Virus record (IMG/VR): IMGVR_UViG_3300002092_000022
Span: 1 to 32,889 of that record
Source: a virus
Direction: 5' to 3' (one strand)
Length of the DNA: 32,889 nt
Shown in pieces: positions 29,188 through 32,889 of the stretch. Position 1 is the first letter of the stretch. Every line of letters begins with the position of its first letter. The position numbers were made by a program, and so were the translations under genes. A model generated the notes under the pieces. That model was not told where the DNA came from. It was given only the letters and a program-made list of their open reading frames with translations, and did no database searches.

Positions 29188-30654
29188 TCAAATTGTTAGT
29201 GTTTTACGCTTACTTTGGGCGATTTTCTTCTTTTTCGCAGGAGGTCTAGCAGCCACTGTTGCCCTATTTATTGCCCTATCGGGGCTAACTGCTACCTTTT
29301 TAGTCCGTTTCGTCCCTTTTACTCTTAGTGCTTTTGCTGCTTCTGGGAATTGAGTAGTCCAGGCTTCCCATAGGGCATCAAGTCTAGCGGCAGTAGAAAG
29401 TGTCTGATCGATTCTGAGTTGCATTCTTGCTGGATCCTGGTCTTGAGAGTTAAAGGCTCGCAGGTAATGGGTTGCCGTTACTTTTATATCTGAGTGGCGC
29501 AGGTATACGGCAATCTCAACCGCAGTCGCCCCAGCGTCGGCTAGCACGGATGCTGCGAACGCTCTTAGGTCTTTTACTCGTAATCCTCTACTACGAGGAT
29601 CGGCAGTTGGACGAGTTGGGTCTCCGTCCAAACCGGCAGCCTGGCGAGCCGGTATCCAAACATTCCGTCGGAAGTTTGAATGATCCATTATTCCAATAGA
29701 TCCAGCACGGTCATTTGTTACTGGAGAACGGAATAGGAGATTACCTGCAATATCGTTTGGTTCAGATTTAGATAATCGTTCATCTGCAAGTATGCGTAAG
29801 CGTTCCCATAGTTGTCTTGGTATTGGAACAGTTGCTGTTTGTCCAGCCTTTGGAGGCTCGGATACCCATTGGTTCATATGCGACTTTGATAAGACTCGAC
29901 TTATCGATATCGCTGGTTTATCTTTCCAGACTGATCTCGCTTCAAGAGATATTGCTTCACTCCAACGCAAACCAGCCCAAGCCATCAAGGCAATCAAGAT
30001 CCTGTCATTTACTTCTTGCGGTGTCTGGACAATTTTTGCGAGCTCACTCCAGGTTGGAAGTAATACGGGGCCAAGTGGCTGATCGCTAGCTCGTTTGAAT
30101 TTAGAAGTAGTGATGCGGACTTTCCTAAAAGGAGATACCGCGAGCCTTCCCTCGTTTACCTCCCATGAGAGTGCTGCTGAAAGTAAGCGTCTAGCAGCGT
30201 TTATCGTGGGTTGACCCACACCTAAAGTTGTTAAGTCATCCATCCAATTAGAGATGCCAAGTGGTGTTAAGCGTGCAATGGCAACTTCCCCGATATTGGC
30301 ATCGGGTCTAATAATCGTTGTAGTTAGGACGGATTTGTATCCGCGAATCGTTTTGCCAGCTAGAGGTGCTCTTGGGTCTGTAGTTCTAAACGCGATGTAA
30401 TCCTCAACTGAGTGTCGGACGCGTCTAACTGGGCCGCCAGGTCTACCGCTGGGAGCAGCAAGCCTTCCATTATCTATATCAGCAATATGTGCTGAGAGAG
30501 CTCGTCTTGCGAGAGTCTTATTAGGGAAGCGTCCAGGTATTGAAGTGCGTTGACCGCGTTGGCATAAGCGTGGTGGTAGCAGGGCTATCCAGGAGCCGGA
30601 GCCTTTCCGTGGTGTCTCTTTAACCGTGCCTTCTACACCGCTCTTGCGTGCCAT
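29188..30654 (-). CDS. int: Tyrosine recombinase (phage integrase).
   Basis: AWAGLRWSEA (Arg I), KDLRAFAAS, and YLRHSDIKVTATHYL (His...Tyr). N-terminal SAM-like domain and a basic C-terminal tail. Confidence 0.9.
   Translation of the reverse strand: MARKSGVEGTVKETPRKGSGSWIALLPPRLCQRGQRTSIPGRFPNKTLARRALSAHIADIDNGRLAAPSGRPGGPVRRVRHSVEDYIAFRTTDPRAPLAGKTIRGYKSVLTTTIIRPDANIGEVAIARLTPLGISNWMDDLTTLGVGQPTINAARRLLSAALSWEVNEGRLAVSPFRKVRITTSKFKRASDQPLGPVLLPTWSELAKIVQTPQEVNDRILIALMAWAGLRWSEAISLEARSVWKDKPAISISRVLSKSHMNQWVSEPPKAGQTATVPIPRQLWERLRILADERLSKSEPNDIAGNLLFRSPVTNDRAGSIGIMDHSNFRRNVWIPARQAAGLDGDPTRPTADPRSRGLRVKDLRAFAASVLADAGATAVEIAVYLRHSDIKVTATHYLRAFNSQDQDPARMQLRIDQTLSTAARLDALWEAWTTQFPEAAKALRVKGTKRTKKVAVSPDRAINRATVAARPPAKKKKIAQSKRKTLTI
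29259..29280 (+). repeat. Right arm repeats: TTGCCCTATT and TTGCCCTATC, 12-bp period, inside the int 3' coding region.
   Basis: Read directly. The first copy of each pair shares the extended 13-mer ACTGTTGCCCTAT. Confidence 0.85.
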
Positions 30655-30936
30655 CTAATTGGTTCCCAAGTATTTGTCGGTGTTTCCGCTCATCCCGTTG
30701 AGTATCTGGTAGACGCGTGCTTTCTTGACGCCGATCATTTGTCCTATCTCATCGTAGGAGTATCCATTGGCTACGAGTTCGGTGACTGCTTCCCTTCGGA
30801 TTACTTTGGCATCCATTTCAGCAGCTGCTAGTGAGAGTAGGAGTTGTGTTGCTTCGGTTGCTCGCTTCTCTGGGTTGGGGATCTTGGTGAGCCTTGTGAG
30901 CTGGGCTTTAATCTGGTCACGTTTCTCCGTTGCCAT
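30655..30936 (-). CDS. HTH DNA-binding protein directly upstream of int, a possible lysogeny regulator.
   Basis: ELVANGYSYDEIGQMIGVKKARVYQIL. Its stop abuts the int start. Confidence 0.6.
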   Translation of the reverse strand: MATEKRDQIKAQLTRLTKIPNPEKRATEATQLLLSLAAAEMDAKVIRREAVTELVANGYSYDEIGQMIGVKKARVYQILNGMSGNTDKYLGTN

Positions 30937-30994
30937 AGGTTAAGTGTATCCCTGCTTCACGCACCGGTATAGCAGTCTGTGCTGACAATTGGAA

Positions 30995-31020
30995 GAGCCC
31001 CCAGGTTTCCCTAGGGGCTC
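30995..31020 (-). terminator. Hairpin after the exonuclease gene (terminator candidate).
   Basis: GAGCCCCCAGG / CCTAGGGGCTC: an 11-bp stem with one mismatch and a 4-nt loop. Only a weak T-tract follows. Confidence 0.55.
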
Positions 31021-31043
31021 CAAGTATATCAGGGATATACGGT

Positions 31044-31859
31044 TTAGATAGCGCGAGTGATCGTGCGATCCTTTACGTGAGTCAATCGGTTCCAAGCGCC
31101 ACAGTCACCGCACTGGAATCTCGCATAAGCAGATACAGCCGTGTGATGGAACCCAGCGTGCTTAAGACTTGTTGAACCACATCTATAGCAGCAACGCTCT
31201 CCCGTCCAGAGTCCAATATGAGGGAACTGGGTCGCCTTGATCCAGGGACCAAGGTAATCAAAGAGAGCCTCTGTTAATACAACATCGCCAATATTGTATT
31301 TCTTCATTAGGTTCCAAGCCTTATCATCACCTTCAAGAACCTTATTCCAAAGTTCTTGTCCGGTGTGCTTCACCTTAGAACCGAGACCAAGTGCTTGAGC
31401 TACATAGTCCAACTTATTGGACGGAAACTTAAACATTCCACGAGCAACCATTAAGAGATCACAAGTTTTCACTGGGCTCGGAGGTGTTAAGCCTTCGAGG
31501 ATAAATTCACGGTTAAGCCATTTCATATCAAAAGACTTGTGGTTATAGCCAACAACAATGTCGGCTTCGTCAATGAGTCTCCAGGCTTCCCTAATCATTT
31601 GCTTGCGTGTGTCGTGATGCTCTGAGAAGAACATTGTCTTTTTCTCACCATACCATTTAGCAGCGAAGCAGAGCATGCGACCGTGATCAACGATTTGGCT
31701 GATTGAGTGATTCTGGTCAAATAGGCCCCAAGAATAAACCATCATTGGAGCAGTCTCGATATCGAGTGTGAGGATCTTTGGCATTCCGCCAGTTAGTGTC
31801 TGGAGGTGCTTAGTAGCTACTGGCTTTAGAATTACGTCTAGGCGGTTATCTTTTTTCAT
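31044..31859 (-). CDS. DnaQ/DEDD-type 3'-5' exonuclease (RNase H-like fold) with a C-terminal zinc ribbon.
   Basis: LTLDIETAP (Exo I), VGYNHKSFD (Exo II), KYNIGDV (Exo III), and CCYRCG...CGDCG. Confidence 0.75.
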   Translation of the reverse strand: MKKDNRLDVILKPVATKHLQTLTGGMPKILTLDIETAPMMVYSWGLFDQNHSISQIVDHGRMLCFAAKWYGEKKTMFFSEHHDTRKQMIREAWRLIDEADIVVGYNHKSFDMKWLNREFILEGLTPPSPVKTCDLLMVARGMFKFPSNKLDYVAQALGLGSKVKHTGQELWNKVLEGDDKAWNLMKKYNIGDVVLTEALFDYLGPWIKATQFPHIGLWTGERCCYRCGSTSLKHAGFHHTAVSAYARFQCGDCGAWNRLTHVKDRTITRAI

Positions 31860-31861
31860 TA

Positions 31862-32140
31862 TTAGTTACCTGCCTTTTCGCATAGGCAAATACCGTCGCG
31901 ATGATTTTTTAGTGAGTTCCATCCACGACCAGCGAGTCCTGCTTTAAGGATCATTGTTTGGATCGTTGTAATTCCGATATTTGGGTTACCAATGTGAGCT
32001 GCAAATGCTGAAGCATGTGGTTCAGGTAGGTCAGCTATTAGCTTTCCAACTGTGCACATCTCCCTAACTTCAGTGATTGGTGCTTGGATTAGAGCATCAA
32101 GATTTATTTCCTTTACTTTTATTGCTTTCTTCTGGGCCAT
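31862..32140 (-). CDS. Hypothetical protein.
   Basis: 92-aa ORF with AAGGAAACGAAA upstream of the ATG. Confidence 0.55.
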   Translation of the reverse strand: MAQKKAIKVKEINLDALIQAPITEVREMCTVGKLIADLPEPHASAFAAHIGNPNIGITTIQTMILKAGLAGRGWNSLKNHRDGICLCEKAGN

Positions 32141-32185
32141 TTTCGTTTCCTTCTATTAGCAAACCTGAATGGTTTGATATGAGGG

Positions 32186-32195
32186 ATATCGGCGG
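32186..32195 (-). promoter_or_regulatory. Motif i, weak copy 8: CCGCCGATAT.
   Basis: 45 nt upstream of the ATG at 32140. Confidence 0.4.
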
Positions 32196-32318
32196 AGGGC
32201 TGGCGGTGTGAGCAGTGGGGCGCGGCGAATAGCCCTAAAACCAGCATAGAATACTGACTTTAGGGCATTAGGTTGATATTGTTAGAAGAGGGATCCAGGG
32301 AATCCGGGACGTCCAAGG

Positions 32319-32889
32319 TTACGCGTATGTCCAGATCTGGCCGCCACGAACGCAAGCTGCGAAACGGTTACCCGCAGCGTTACTTGTAGCGCAGTTCCAT
32401 ACACTGGAACCAGCTCCAGCCTGAGCCGTCCAAGAAGATCCAGTGTTCGTTGAGACTTGAAGGAATCCCGTGCCGTTAGGAGCGACTATCAAGATTGTTC
32501 CAGTCGAGTCAATGCCGAAGGATCTGGTGCCAGGGTTACCAGGGTTAGGGGAACCAGCAATAAGCGACCAAGTTGAACCATGGTTAGTTGATTGATCGAT
32601 ACCTGATCCACTCATCGCGAAGAATTGTAATGAGCCGCTCGCATTGGACGCCGCCCAGTTGTCATTATTAGTTGAGTGAATAAGATTAGTTGATCGTGTA
32701 AATGATGTTCCAGTATTGGTTGAGTAGTAGGTAGCACCAGATACGGCGTTATCGAAGACGCCAACGAATACATATTGACCGGTTGAGTCGCAAGCCATGC
32801 CAACTGGGTTCATTGTTCCGCCAGGGTTGCTTCCAAGTGTTATAGCAGTAAACGATGTTCCACTATTAGTTGATTTATCTACCACGCCA
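32319..32889 (-). CDS. C-terminal part of the same Asp-box/BNR-like repeat fibre protein.
   Basis: Repeated S-T-N-x-G-[ST]-[ST]-[FW] motifs (STNSGTSF, STNTGTSF, STNHGSTW, STNTGSSW), each preceded by a CDSTGQY-type strand. Suggests a beta-propeller. Confidence 0.85.
   Translation of the reverse strand, partial: GVVDKSTNSGTSFTAITLGSNPGGTMNPVGMACDSTGQYVFVGVFDNAVSGATYYSTNTGTSFTRSTNLIHSTNNDNWAASNASGSLQFFAMSGSGIDQSTNHGSTWSLIAGSPNPGNPGTRSFGIDSTGTILIVAPNGTGFLQVSTNTGSSWTAQAGAGSSVWNCATSNAAGNRFAACVRGGQIWTYA
32789..32889. repeat. Terminal direct repeat, copy 2 (identical to 1-101).
   Basis: Same 101-nt string as bases 1-101. Confidence 0.95.

Larger units (their letters stand above)
29028..29280. mobile_element. 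attP candidate: a tRNA-like core flanked by two pairs of arm-type direct repeats.
   Basis: Core at 29112-29157. TTGCCCTAT(C/T) occurs at 29028, 29040, 29259 and 29271. The integrase 3' end is adjacent. Confidence 0.65.

Noticed and set aside
32141-32318. The inverted repeat GCCCTAAA-N21-TTTAGGGC (about 32233-32269) downstream of the fibre gene, considered as a terminator.
   Set aside because: The loop is 21 nt, the stem is only 8 bp and AT-rich at one end, and no T-tract follows. This is too weak to call.

Overview
This window is a complete temperate siphovirus-like phage genome, either circularly closed or terminally redundant. Bases 1-101 are identical to 32789-32889, so the unique length is 32,788 bp. 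The gene cut by the window edge, a tail-fibre candidate with Asp-box/BNR-like repeats, is intact across the junction. About 50 genes are on the minus strand and only five on the plus strand. Modules, in window coordinates:
- 0-7 kb: tail genes (fibre, 707-aa tail protein, tape measure, chaperone with a -1 frameshift, major tail protein).
- 7-15 kb: head-tail joining genes and an HK97-type head module (capsid, prohead protease, portal-MuF fusion, TerL).
- 15.5-17.3 kb: lysis cassette (amidase endolysin, permuted papain-like peptidase, a prepilin-like membrane protein).
- 17.3-19.8 kb: accessory island (two coupled plus-strand genes, an aberrant tRNA-like gene, a displaced TerS candidate, an AT-rich moron).
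- 19.9-26.3 kb: early and replication genes (HNH, SpoU methyltransferase, replication initiator with internal tandem repeats, proteasome-like Ntn hydrolase, a four-member family of small paralogous proteins).
- 26.4-27.8 kb: plus-strand Dam-type methyltransferase followed by a small nuclease candidate.
- 27.7-28.7 kb: a group-3 sigma factor.
- 28.8-30.9 kb: lysogeny module (xis, an attP candidate with a tRNA-Arg-like 5' half and four arm repeats, tyrosine integrase).
- 31.0-32.1 kb: a DEDD 3'-5' exonuclease and a 92-aa protein.
The most interesting signals are non-coding. One oriented motif has the core GCCGATAG, which matches the sigma-28/FliA/WhiG -10 element. It precedes at least seven transcription units, and the phage encodes a FliA-sized sigma factor. 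A second, unrelated 20-23-nt motif marks the late genes, with one copy inside terL. All functional calls come from reading motifs by eye; no database search was run.
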